Shown in pieces: positions 19,125 through 29,950 of a stretch of DNA of 64,000 nt. The stretch's first letter is position 1; the number at the start of each line of letters is the position of its first letter. This stretch comes from a plasmid, in sequence record CP063550.1. The stretch is one strand, 5' to 3'. A model generated the notes under the pieces. It was not told where the DNA came from. It worked only from the letters and a program-made list of their open reading frames with translations, and did no database searches. The translations under genes and the position numbers were made by a program.

Positions 19125-19881
19125 GTGCTTGTTTTTGATAAAAATAGCTGCTTTTAGGAAACTGGAGCTGTTGAAGAAGCTCTTTCAAGGTGAACTGATT
19201 TCGTAAGGCATCAATCAATATCGTTTTTTCTTGATTTGATAGACAAAGAAGATTGACGCCTTTTTCTTTTTTTAGCAGTTCAGCCGCTCCTTCGAGTAAT
19301 GCTTTTTCGAGCTGTAATTGGTGTACTTGTTTTTGTAAGTCTTCTACTTCCTTTAAAAGTAGCTCTTTTTGTTTTTCCTGATTTTTTAAAGTCATACACA
19401 ATGGAAAATCCTTTCCAAGAACCGTGTTTTTCCATTGATATAGAGTAACTCTACTAATTCCTCCAGATTCGGCTAAATTTTTCCTATTAGTTTGCGGTTT
19501 ATAGAATTTTTTCAACACAGCTTCTTTTTGATCTTGTGTTAACTTTACCGCACTTTTTCGGAGTTTTCTAGCTCCTGGTGCAAGTTCTTCACACCGCTGC
19601 CGCAAGGACTCTCTATTAGGATAACCAAGCATGCGAATGGTTCGTGCATAACATTGACCATATTCAAAATAATGATTCACCGCTATTCGTTTTTGTTCTT
19701 CAGAATACTTTGATTTTTTTCGGTGCTCCTGATGGAGCTCTCCGGATTCCAAATACTCTTTATACCATTTCCGTAGTGCACCAATCGACGGATACCCTAA
19801 TTCTCGAATGGTTGCAGCATAAGAGCAATCGTATTTTAAAAATAACTGAATTGCCCTTACACGCTCTTTGTGGGAAAACAC
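19063..19881 (-). CDS. IS3 family transposase OrfA (HTH)
   Basis: 272 aa, two HTH-like segments and a C-terminal leucine zipper ('LEKALLEGAAELLKKEKG'). Confidence 0.75.
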   Translation of the reverse strand: MFSHKERVRAIQLFLKYDCSYAATIRELGYPSIGALRKWYKEYLESGELHQEHRKKSKYSEEQKRIAVNHYFEYGQCYARTIRMLGYPNRESLRQRCEELAPGARKLRKSAVKLTQDQKEAVLKKFYKPQTNRKNLAESGGISRVTLYQWKNTVLGKDFPLCMTLKNQEKQKELLLKEVEDLQKQVHQLQLEKALLEGAAELLKKEKGVNLLCLSNQEKTILIDALRNQFTLKELLQQLQFPKSSYFYQKQALEKPDKYYKERQINYHDFQS

Positions 19882-20342
19882 ACGGACATTCCTCCTAAGT
19901 TTATTTTTTCGTCCAGGATTATGTCCGCACCCCCTTGCTTTCTGATGACTTATTCTGGTTCTTTGAGTGTCAATGCATAGATGTGATGTAGCTAGTTAGA
20001 AAAAAATTTTGAATACTCTTTTTTTCTTTCAGACTCCTTTTTAAGTAAGATTTTGAAGTGTGAGTTACGGGGTCAGAAACTTAAAAGTTTTTGATCCTTT
20101 ATTTTCAAGTCTGATTTGGCAGCTTTTCGGCAGCTCATTTATTTATGGTCAGAAATAGATGCTGAAATTTTAATCTATTAGCAAATAGTCCAGAACGTAT
20201 GAAGAGGAGTCGGATATCATTTGTCATTAACACCATAAATATTTATAAAATTCGTGTTCACCTACAATTAAATTTAATATATAATATTCGTTGTAAGGGC
20301 TTATAATTTTTTGTTAATGAACAAGATAGGAAGAAACATTTA

Positions 20343-20624
20343 ATGGACAGTTTTCAGAGATTGTCACTAGTAAATCAATTTGAGTTATTGGCTAAATTTG
20401 AGGACCAAAACAGATCTTATTATGAAAGAAAAATCGAAATATTGAGAGAAGGTTACGAGTATCATTATGATGATGAAATTTGGAGTGATCTTTCTGAGCC
20501 ATTTCCGAAAGAAGATTCTCGATTTGTATTAGATGTATTGAACATGTATCGAGATATCAATTTTAGTAAATCAAAGCTAAACTTAGATGAAAACCAAATT
20601 ACTAATTCATACTATACTCATTTC
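20343..20624 (+). pseudogene. YfbU-family (UPF0304) protein, 3'-truncated by IS6 insertion
   Basis: 'LSLVNQFELLAKFEDQNRSYYERKIEILREGYEYHYDD' matches the YfbU N-terminal pattern. The reading frame runs into the IS inverted repeat at 20625. Confidence 0.55.
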
Positions 20625-21433
20625 GGTTCTGTTGCAAAGTTTTCCAAAAAATCTATTTTAGTGTAAAATTGAGAAAAAAGACAGAGAGGACAGAGTAATG
20701 AATCATTTTAAAGGCAAACAATTCAAAAAAGACGTCATTATTGTCGCTGTTGGTTACTACCTGCGTTACAATCTAAGCTATCGTGAAGTTCAGGAATTGT
20801 GATATGATCGTGGAATAAATGTTTGTCATACTACGATTTATCGTTGGGTACAAGAGTACAGCAAAGTCCTCTATTATCTTTGGAAGAAGAAAAATAGACA
20901 ATCCTTCTATTCATGGAAAATGGACGAAACCTATATCAAAATTAAGGGACGTTGGCATTATCTTTATCGTGCAATTGATGCGGACGGCTTAACCTTAGAT
21001 ATCTGGTTACGAAAGAAACGGGACACACAAGCAGCCTATGCTTTTCTTAAGCGGTTAGTGAAGCAGTTTGATGAACCGAAGGTTGTAGTCACAGATAAAG
21101 CCCCCTCTATTACAAGTGCCTTTAAGAAACTAAAAGAATACGGCTTTTATCAAGGGACAGAACATCGTACCATTAAATACCTGAATAATTTGATTGAACA
21201 AGACCATCGTCCAGTAAAGAGACGCAATAAATTCTATCGAAGTTTACGCACTGCCTCTACCACGATTAAAGGCATGGAAGCCATTCGAGGATTATATAAG
21301 AAAACCCGAAAAGAAGGCACTCTCTTCGGGTTTTCGGTCTGTACTGAAATCAAGGTATTATTGGGAATCCCAGCTTAAATCATAGATACCGTAAGGGATT
21401 TTATTCTTTATTTAAAACTTTGCAACAGAACCC
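20625..21433 (+). mobile_element. hybrid IS6 element: IS1216-type 5' half, type-A 3' half
   Basis: The left end and leader are identical to the copies at 24379 and 56100. The right 70 bp is identical to the type-A right end (reverse complement of 2032-2100). The protein switches type after 'AYAFLKRL'. Confidence 0.85.
20698..21378 (+). pseudogene. IS6 transposase (hybrid) with an in-frame TGA at codon 35
   Basis: '...YREVQEL*YDRGINV'. GAATTGTGATATG versus GAATTGTTATATG in the intact copies. Confidence 0.85.
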
Positions 21434-21526
21434 ATTACGAGTCACAGTAATTACTTGTAAATACATTATCTCGTGGTATAATGTATTTACTAAGTAATTA
21501 CATACTGTTAGAAATGAGGGATTTAA

Positions 21527-21856
21527 ATGATTACAAAAACAAGAAAACAAGGCAATTCAATCATGTTGACAGTACCTAAAGATTTTAATGTTCCTAATGG
21601 AGTCGAAGTTGAAGCAAAGTTGGTAGAGAATGGTATTCTTTATGAATTTGTTGAACCACAAAAAGAATTTTATGATTTTAGCGAAGATATTTTGTCTGAT
21701 ATAATTGCAGAAGGCTACGATAAAGATGAGATTCTTGTAGAATTTAAGAATAGAAAAAACAAAATGCATTCTTCCTTTAGAGATATTGCTGAAGATACAC
21801 TTACTAATTCTAAAGTAATGACTAAAGAGGAGTTGGCAACAGAAATTGGCTTATGA
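21527..21856 (+). CDS. type II antitoxin, AbrB/MazE-fold (SpoVT/AbrB-like)
   Basis: 'KQGNSIMLTVPKDF' swapped-hairpin motif. Overlaps the downstream toxin by 11 nt. Confidence 0.65.
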   Translation: MITKTRKQGNSIMLTVPKDFNVPNGVEVEAKLVENGILYEFVEPQKEFYDFSEDILSDIIAEGYDKDEILVEFKNRKNKMHSSFRDIAEDTLTNSKVMTKEELATEIGL

Positions 21857-22133
21857 AATCGTTCCTTCAAAACATGTCATTAAGTATTTAAAAAAGCTAA
21901 AAGAGAAGCCATTGAAAGAAAAATTTTTGAATTTAATTTATGATGAAATTGCGATTGATCCATATAAGGGTGAACAAAAAACTGGGGATTTATCAGGTAT
22001 TTGGTCTAGTGGGTTCAAATATGCGGGCACAACATATAGAGTAGCTTACGAGATTATAGAAAACAAGGTTATTCCAGTATTGTTATGTGGAACGCATGAA
22101 AACTTTTATGAACAGTTGAAAAAATTAATCTAG
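21846..22133 (+). CDS. RelE/ParE-family type II toxin
   Basis: 95 aa. 'YRVAYEIIENKVIPVLLCGTHENFY' is a typical RelE/ParE C-terminal block. Confidence 0.7.
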   Translation: MAYEIVPSKHVIKYLKKLKEKPLKEKFLNLIYDEIAIDPYKGEQKTGDLSGIWSSGFKYAGTTYRVAYEIIENKVIPVLLCGTHENFYEQLKKLI

Positions 22134-22293
22134 TGATTTGTTGTCGTTCTTAAGAAGGACGGCTTCTTTTTATCGAAAATCTGATTCGTCTACATGACTA
22201 AAGTCGCGAGTATTCTCTGCTTCTCGATAAATTAAATAACGTCATTACTTTGAGGAAAGCTATAAATCAATATATTTCAGCTTTTCCTTATTT

Positions 22294-22356
22294 ATGTACT
22301 ACCTTTTACTTATTAATTATAAGGTAGTACATATATATCTTTTTTTGGTAGTAACT
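22294..22356. repeat. centromere-like palindrome ATGTACTACCTT-N15-AAGGTAGTACAT plus an extra half-site, upstream of parA
   Basis: 12-bp inverted arms at 22294-22332. Half-site 'GGTAGTAAC' at 22347-22355. '-10' TATAAT at about 22369. Confidence 0.5.
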
Positions 22357-22416
22357 AAAAATAAATATGTTATAATAGTATCAAATGAATATTGCTAAAA
22401 GAAAAGAGGTAGGAAC

Positions 22417-23274
22417 GTGGTAGCGAAGAAATATGTAATCGGTAATTTTAAAGGTGGCGTAGGTAAAAGTACGTGCGCGCAAATGTTAGGGTTTGAATCA
22501 GCAGTTAATGAAGGAAAAAGAACCTTGATAATTGACTTGGATATGCAAGGAAATACTTCTGATGTGATGAACTTAACGCATATGAACTTCACTAACGAAG
22601 AAGGAGGCGGAGAAGGTGAACCGATTGTTTACGAAAATACTGTGACTGACGTGTTGATAAACAATCTTCCACCTAAAGAGGCTGTCTATAAAGTAATCAA
22701 TAACCTCTATATACTTCCAGCAGACATGTCCTTTGAAATGTATGATGATTGGATCAAAGACCAATATAATGATTCATTATCCCAATTCAAATATATGAAA
22801 GAAAAGCTAGAACCATTATTTGATGAGTTTGACGTCATCTATTTAGATGTCCCACCTTCTATTTCTGTATATAGTAAATCCGCGATGTACATTGCGGACT
22901 GGGCAATCGTCGTCTTACAGACCCAAGTAAAATCGATGAGAAATGCGATGCAATATCTTGAGTATATGGACTTTTTTGTGAAAGAATTTGATACAAATTT
23001 ATATGTTGCTGGTGTTATTCCTTTCATGTTGGAAAGCGGTGACGCAGTAGATCAGGAAATGTATAAACAAGCCCAAGAGATTTATGGGGAACATTTGATT
23101 AAAAATGTTGTACTCAAAAATGCGCGCTTAAAACGATACGACGGATCAGGTATTACGATGGAGAAGACAAAGAAAGGTCTCTTAAAACAATGGGATCGCA
23201 AAAGCCACGAATTATTTATCAGTATTTTGAAAGAATTGGAAGAACACGAGAATTGGTATGCGGAGGTGGAGTAA
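22417..23274 (+). CDS. parA: ParA/Soj-family partition ATPase
   Basis: Deviant Walker A 'GNFKGGVGKST'. GTG start after RBS GAGGTAGG. Confidence 0.9.
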   Translation: MVAKKYVIGNFKGGVGKSTCAQMLGFESAVNEGKRTLIIDLDMQGNTSDVMNLTHMNFTNEEGGGEGEPIVYENTVTDVLINNLPPKEAVYKVINNLYILPADMSFEMYDDWIKDQYNDSLSQFKYMKEKLEPLFDEFDVIYLDVPPSISVYSKSAMYIADWAIVVLQTQVKSMRNAMQYLEYMDFFVKEFDTNLYVAGVIPFMLESGDAVDQEMYKQAQEIYGEHLIKNVVLKNARLKRYDGSGITMEKTKKGLLKQWDRKSHELFISILKELEEHENWYAEVE

Positions 23275-23823
23275 TTGGCTGACATCAAAGGACTTGATAT
23301 TTTTGGGAACAACAAAGGACTCGCCAAAATAAAAAAAGAAGCAGAAGCAAAGAAAAAGCAGCAAGCAATTACACCATCTGAAAATAAGCAATTAGAAGTG
23401 CACCAAGTTCAAGAAATAAAAACTTCCTCCAATGTTGAAAGACAGAGTAGAGGAAGAACAAAAAAAGTTGGCGCACCAATCAGAAAGTTTGATAAGGTTT
23501 ATTCCACCAAGCATCCTTTAAAACTGTCGACTTTGTTAAATGCGACTTCCAGAGTTTTAGTAGAAAAGTATGAGACTAATATGACAAGAGATGAATTGCT
23601 TAGAAAAGCTTTAGATGAGTATATTAAACAGAATCTTACGCAAGAAGATAAGCAAGATTTGTTTAATGACGTGGTGAAAGAACTAGACTTGTTCAGAGAA
23701 AAATATCCAATTGTTCCAGAATTAGATGATCGTGGAGAAATAATAAGAACTACCAGTCAGATAAAACAAGATACCGAAGACTCACTGCGCAAAGGGTGGG
23801 GAATGAATAATAAAGTTAGATAA
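23275..23823 (+). CDS. partition adaptor / centromere-binding protein (ParB-like, PrgO-type)
   Basis: Start codon overlaps the parA stop (TAATTGGCTGAC... ATG). Lys-rich N-terminus. Position immediately after parA. Confidence 0.55.
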   Translation: MADIKGLDIFGNNKGLAKIKKEAEAKKKQQAITPSENKQLEVHQVQEIKTSSNVERQSRGRTKKVGAPIRKFDKVYSTKHPLKLSTLLNATSRVLVEKYETNMTRDELLRKALDEYIKQNLTQEDKQDLFNDVVKELDLFREKYPIVPELDDRGEIIRTTSQIKQDTEDSLRKGWGMNNKVR

Positions 23824-23827
23824 TAAT

Positions 23828-23880
23828 CAAAGAAGAACTAAGTAACTACCTTTAAACGGTAGTTACTTAGTTCTTCTTTG
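23828..23880. repeat. perfect 24-bp-arm palindrome containing GTAACTACC...GGTAGTTAC
   Basis: 'CAAAGAAGAACTAAGTAACTACC-TTTAAAC-GGTAGTTACTTAGTTCTTCTTTG'. No T-run follows it. Confidence 0.6.
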
Positions 23881-24378
23881 ATTTGCATGAAATAGAGGGG
23901 ATTTATTTTTCTGGTTACGTGATTAAAAAATCCAAAAAATGAGCATAGGAACGGTTATGATTTTAGGGTGTGTTTTAATGAGATATTGTGATTTCATTAA
24001 CAAGTGTATGATAATCTGTTGTTGAGTTAGTAAATAAGTAATAGAGCTAACTCTAAAATAAAACTATTAGGAGGAGATGTAGGTGAAAAAGTTTAAAAAG
24101 AAAATATATTTAGGATTGGTTGTTGGGGTGAGTATGTTTGGGTTCATGGCTCATACTAAACAAGTAACTGCAGATACTAACCAAAAAGAAAGGATTATGA
24201 GCCAATTAGATGACTCTCAAATAAGTATGTACCCAATGAGCTAATTGTCAGTTTAAAGGCTACACAAAGAATTTCAACAGAGAAAAATAAACCGCAAAAT
24301 TTATTGGGTGTAAAAGTTATGGTGGAAAAAGATTTGACTCTTAGGACAAATGAAAGCGATTGTAATAAGCGAGATCAA

Positions 24379-25187
24379 GGGTTCTGTTGCAAAGTTTTCC
24401 AAAAAATCTATTTTAGTGTAAAATTGAGAAAAAAGACAGAGAGGACAGAGTAATGAATCATTTTAAAGGCAAACAATTCAAAAAAGACGTCATTATTGTC
24501 GCTGTTGGTTACTACCTGCGTTACAATCTAAGCTATCGTGAAGTTCAGGAATTGTTATATGATCGTGGAATAAATGTTTGTCATACTACGATTTATCGTT
24601 GGGTACAAGAGTACAGCAAAGTCCTCTATTATCTTTGGAAGAAGAAAAATAGACAATCCTTCTATTCATGGAAAATGGACGAAACCTATATCAAAATTAA
24701 GGGACGTTGGCATTATCTTTATCGTGCAATTGATGCGGACGGCTTAACCTTAGATATCTGGTTACGAAAGAAACGGGATACGCAAGCAGCCTATGCTTTC
24801 TTAAAACGACTCCATAAACAGTTTGGTGAGCCGAAAGCAATTGTGACCGATAAAGCACCTTCTCTTGGCTCCGCCTTTAGAAAGTTACAGAGTGTGGGTT
24901 TATATACTAAGACAGAGCACCGAACTGTGAAGTATCTTAACAATTTAATAGAACAAGACCATCGACCTATTAAACGACGAAATAAATTTTATCAAAGTCT
25001 CCGTACAGCCTCTTCCACGATTAAGGGCATGGAGACCATTCGAGGAATATATAAAAAGAACCGAAGAAATGGAACGCTCTTCGGCTTTTCGGTGTCTACT
25101 GAAATCAAGGTATTAATGGGAGTAACAGCCTAAGATATTTGGAGTTCAGAGAGGGCGCGTTTGATTTTCAAACTTCGCAACAGAACC
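24379..25187 (+). mobile_element. IS1216-type IS6 element, copy B1, 809 bp
   Basis: Inverted repeats GGTTCTGTTGCAAAGTTTTCC (left) and GGTTCTGTTGCGAAGTTTG (right, on the opposite strand). The right flank is ATAAGTTC. Confidence 0.9.
24453..25133 (+). CDS. IS6 family transposase (IS1216-type)
   Basis: 226 aa 'MNHFKGKQFKKDVIIVAVGYYLRYNLSYREVQELLYDRGINVCHTTIYRW...'. Confidence 0.9.
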   Translation: MNHFKGKQFKKDVIIVAVGYYLRYNLSYREVQELLYDRGINVCHTTIYRWVQEYSKVLYYLWKKKNRQSFYSWKMDETYIKIKGRWHYLYRAIDADGLTLDIWLRKKRDTQAAYAFLKRLHKQFGEPKAIVTDKAPSLGSAFRKLQSVGLYTKTEHRTVKYLNNLIEQDHRPIKRRNKFYQSLRTASSTIKGMETIRGIYKKNRRNGTLFGFSVSTEIKVLMGVTA

Positions 25188-25465
25188 ATAAGTTCTCTTA
25201 ATAGAATCGTTGTCATTAAATGGTCTTGCCCATGAATAAAAATTACGCCTACTTCCATTTCGTTCCCTGACGCTTCTTCAGCTAAACATTTCGTTTGTGA
25301 GTTATGCGCTAAGGTTAAATTTTCATCAGCATCCGCTAATAATCGTTCAACATTATCAAAATTACCTTCTCTCACTTCCTTCAACACTGTTAATAATGAA
25401 CTTCTGGCATCTCCTGCATAAGCAACAATTTCAAATCCTAATAATTGCAATTCTTTCCTATCCAT
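25188..25465 (-). pseudogene. lacF: PTS lactose/cellobiose-family EIIA, C-terminus replaced by IS sequence
   Basis: 'MDRKELQLLGFEIVAYAGDARSSLL...IFIHGQDHLMTTILLRELM' then reads into the IS inverted repeat. The native tail is recoverable at 29887-29933 (see the inversion finding). Confidence 0.75.
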
Positions 25466-25487
25466 TTCCTTGCCCTCCTAACTATTT

Positions 25488-26945
<1,458 letters not shown>

Positions 26946-27360
26946 TCACCTCAGCATAATTTTAACATGTATAAGTAAATTTTTTTACACAACGAAAAAC
27001 CGACCTCGAATATCTATTTTATTGCGATATACAAGCACTTATATCCCTTGATGTAAAATAAATATACCATTCAAAAACCGTTTTGTAAACGTTTTTTTGT
27101 AAAATAAATTTATCTTTTTACTAATTTAATTTACACGAAACAAGAAAACGGACTGATTCCCACTAAAATCAATCCCACCTACTAATCATTCTCCAAGTGG
27201 CTATCCATTATCGATTCAATCTTCTCTGTTAATGGATTAGGCTCTCTGCTGATATCAGAGTTTCGTTTCCTGCTAGAAAAAGTAATTTAAGTTACTAAAA
27301 GAGCAGTTTCGATTTACTTTAACAAAGAAAAGGATTATTATATCCCTAGGAGGATGAACA

Positions 27361-28368
27361 ATGGTTACTATTAGAGATATTGCAAAAAAATCTGGTTACT
27401 CAACGGCTACTATATCAAGACTTTTTAAAGGTGATGAGTCACTCTCTATTACATCTGATACTAAAAACAAAATAATCGTTACAGCCAAATCTTTAGGATA
27501 TGATCTGACAAAAATTAAGACTACTCTGTACAAGATTGCCATTCTTTTTTGGATCTCAGAGGAACAGTTAAAAAAGGATGTCTACTATCAACATGTCAAA
27601 GATGATTTGAAAAATTATAGTAAAAAAGCTAATCTAGATTTGATTTTCATCTCTAAAAACGATGGTGTAAAAAGCATTCCTGACGATATTACTGGATTTA
27701 TCGCAATAGGACAATTGACAAAAAAGGAATTGTACTACTTAAATCAAAAAGGGTATAAGGGGGTAATCCGAGGAATAAACCCATTACCTGAACACTTCGA
27801 TACTGTAGAACCTGATTTCCACGAAATGGCCAGACAAGCAATTAACTACTTTATTAATGAAGGTTTCACAAAAATTGGATTTATTGGAGGAAATTTCTTT
27901 AACCTAGAAACGGGTAAAGAAGAGATTGATAGCCGTGAATATGCCTTCCGATATCATTTAGAAAAGAGCGGACTACTCAATGAAAAGTATATTTTCTCCC
28001 AAGGATCATTTACTGTTGACGAAGGGTATCAATTAACTCTTAAAATGAAAGCTGAGTTAAATGAAGATATGCCCGAGGCATGTTTCATACCATCTGACAC
28101 TATAGCTGCCGGCGTTCTTCAGGGCTGCCATGAATTGGGTATTAACATCCCTAAAGATATGGCAGTAATAAGTATTAATGATGACGACATCGCAAAATTC
28201 GTTGCACCACCACTTACAACTTTTAAGATAGATATCGAAGAGATAGCTAAAACCTGTGTAGATTTATTAAGTGATCAACTGGTATATTCGCGGGACATAT
28301 CAAAGAAAACATTAATCGGCGCAAAATTGACCGTTAGGAAAAGTTTTATCCCTAAAGAAGAGGTGTAA
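27361..28368 (+). CDS. LacI-family transcriptional regulator
   Basis: HTH 'VTIRDIAKKSGYSTATISRLFKG'. RBS AGGAGGATG. Confidence 0.85.
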   Translation: MVTIRDIAKKSGYSTATISRLFKGDESLSITSDTKNKIIVTAKSLGYDLTKIKTTLYKIAILFWISEEQLKKDVYYQHVKDDLKNYSKKANLDLIFISKNDGVKSIPDDITGFIAIGQLTKKELYYLNQKGYKGVIRGINPLPEHFDTVEPDFHEMARQAINYFINEGFTKIGFIGGNFFNLETGKEEIDSREYAFRYHLEKSGLLNEKYIFSQGSFTVDEGYQLTLKMKAELNEDMPEACFIPSDTIAAGVLQGCHELGINIPKDMAVISINDDDIAKFVAPPLTTFKIDIEEIAKTCVDLLSDQLVYSRDISKKTLIGAKLTVRKSFIPKEEV

Positions 28369-28761
28369 AATAAGTAATTGAAACTTATCTTTAAAACTAT
28401 AATTGTGTCCACATAGTAGCCGAGCAATCGGGTTTATGCCTATTATGTTTTCCATAAATAATTTGATGGTGATATTTTGACGTAAATACAATATGATTTT
28501 TTCATCGCCAAATTGTGCGCGCTAATTTTTGTTTATCATTCAGAACATTTCCTCCTTTTTATCTAAGTATGAGGTTGGATAAACGCTTCATCTTAGTATC
28601 TTGGGGGATTTTTTATCTCGTTGGGAATATATCAAGCATCAGAGCGCGCAAAAAGAACTGGTCGAAAAATCAATCTACCAGTTCAATCTCATTCACTGTG
28701 ATACTATGTTTTATACAGATAACGCCATATTATAAAACAAGTTGTATTCCGCAAATGGGTT

Positions 28762-29078
28762 CTATTCAACTCTTAAACTATCTATAAAAGATTCAGCCAA
28801 CTCCATTAGCCTCTCGTAATTTAGTTGGTGAACAGCACTTTTTTCAAAAAATTTTGAACCAATTCCTACATAAGAGGCTCCATTGTTCAAATAGTTTTGT
28901 GCATTAGTCTGATCTACCCCTCCTACAGCCATCAAAGGTAAACTTCCTAAAGGGGCTTGCACTTGATTGAAATATTCCGGTCCAAGACAGTTGGCGGGGA
29001 ACACCTTAACAATATCAGCACCCATCTCAAACATTTTGAATATCTCTGTGGGCGACATGGCCCCAGGAATTGTTAGAA
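28762..29078 (-). pseudogene. eda: KDPG/KHG aldolase (Eda) C-terminal fragment, truncated by IS1216
   Basis: '...GAMSPTEIFKMFEMGADIVKVFPA...PLMAVGGVD' is the Eda C-terminal half. The ORF's first 17 codons are IS-derived. Confidence 0.7.
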
Positions 29079-29886
29079 GGTTCTGTTGCGAAGTTTGAAA
29101 ATCAAACGCGCCCTCTCTGAACTCCAAATATCTTAGGCTGTTACTCCCATTAATACCTTGATTTCAGTAGACACCGAAAAGCCGAAGAGCGTTCCATTTC
29201 TTCGGTTCTTTTTATATATTCCTCGAATGGTCTCCATGCCCTTAATCGTGGAAGAGGCTGTACGGAGACTTTGATAAAATTTATTTCGTCGTTTAATAGG
29301 TCGATGGTCTTGTTCTATTAAATTGTTAAGATACTTCACAGTTCGGTGCTCTGTCTTAGTATATAAACCCACACTCTGTAACTTTCTAAAGGCGGAGCCA
29401 AGAGAAGGTGCTTTATCGGTCACAATTGCTTTCGGCTCACCAAACTGTTTATGGAGTCGTTTTAAGAAAGCATAGGCTGCTTGCGTATCCCGTTTCTTTC
29501 GTAACCAGATATCTAAGGTTAAGCCGTCCGCATCAATTGCACGATAAAGATAATGCCAACGTCCCTTAATTTTGATATAGGTTTCGTCCATTTTCCATGA
29601 ATAGAAGGATTGTCTATTTTTCTTCTTCCAAAGATAATAGAGGACTTTGCTGTACTCTTGTACCCAACGATAAATCGTAGTATGACAAACATTTATTCCA
29701 CGATCATATAACAATTCCTGAACTTCACGATAGCTTAGATTGTAACGCAGGTAGTAACCAACAGCGACAATAATGACGTCTTTTTTGAATTGTTTGCCTT
29801 TAAAATGATTCATTACTCTGTCCTCTCTGTCTTTTTTCTCAATTTTACACTAAAATAGATTTTTTGGAAAACTTTGCAACAGAACC
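29079..29886 (-). mobile_element. IS1216-type IS6 element, copy B2, inverted relative to B1
   Basis: Same inverted repeats. The outer flank at 29887-29894 is GAACTTAT, the reverse complement of B1's inner flank ATAAGTTC. Confidence 0.9.
29133..29813 (-). CDS. IS6 family transposase (IS1216-type)
   Basis: Identical 226-aa protein to 24453-25133. Confidence 0.9.
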   Translation of the reverse strand: MNHFKGKQFKKDVIIVAVGYYLRYNLSYREVQELLYDRGINVCHTTIYRWVQEYSKVLYYLWKKKNRQSFYSWKMDETYIKIKGRWHYLYRAIDADGLTLDIWLRKKRDTQAAYAFLKRLHKQFGEPKAIVTDKAPSLGSAFRKLQSVGLYTKTEHRTVKYLNNLIEQDHRPIKRRNKFYQSLRTASSTIKGMETIRGIYKKNRRNGTLFGFSVSTEIKVLMGVTA

Positions 29887-29950
29887 GAACTTATCAATGA
29901 TTTTGTTGAATTGTACAAAGAAAAATTTGCTAAAGCATAGGAGAAGAAAA

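Larger units (their letters stand above)
18468..19934 (-). mobile_element. IS3-family insertion sequence; boundaries approximate
   Basis: orfA and orfB on the minus strand. Matching 'GGGGGTGCGGA' at about 18470 and its complement at about 19921 are the only IR-like signal, so the ends are uncertain. Confidence 0.55.

Noticed and set aside
23828-23880. Reading the 53-bp perfect palindrome after parB as a rho-independent terminator.
   Set aside because: No T-tract follows on either strand. It carries the same GTAACTACC half-site as the centromere-like repeats, so a protein-binding site is more likely.
24083-24244. 53-codon ORF with a signal-peptide-like start (VKKFKKKIYLGLVVGVSMFGF...) after RBS AGGAGGAG.
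   Set aside because: Possibly the 5' fragment of a surface-protein gene cut by IS1216, but it is too short and unsupported to call.
28515-28787. 90-aa ORF between lacI and the eda fragment.
   Set aside because: Low-complexity, no RBS, and it overlaps the eda remnant. Probably non-coding.
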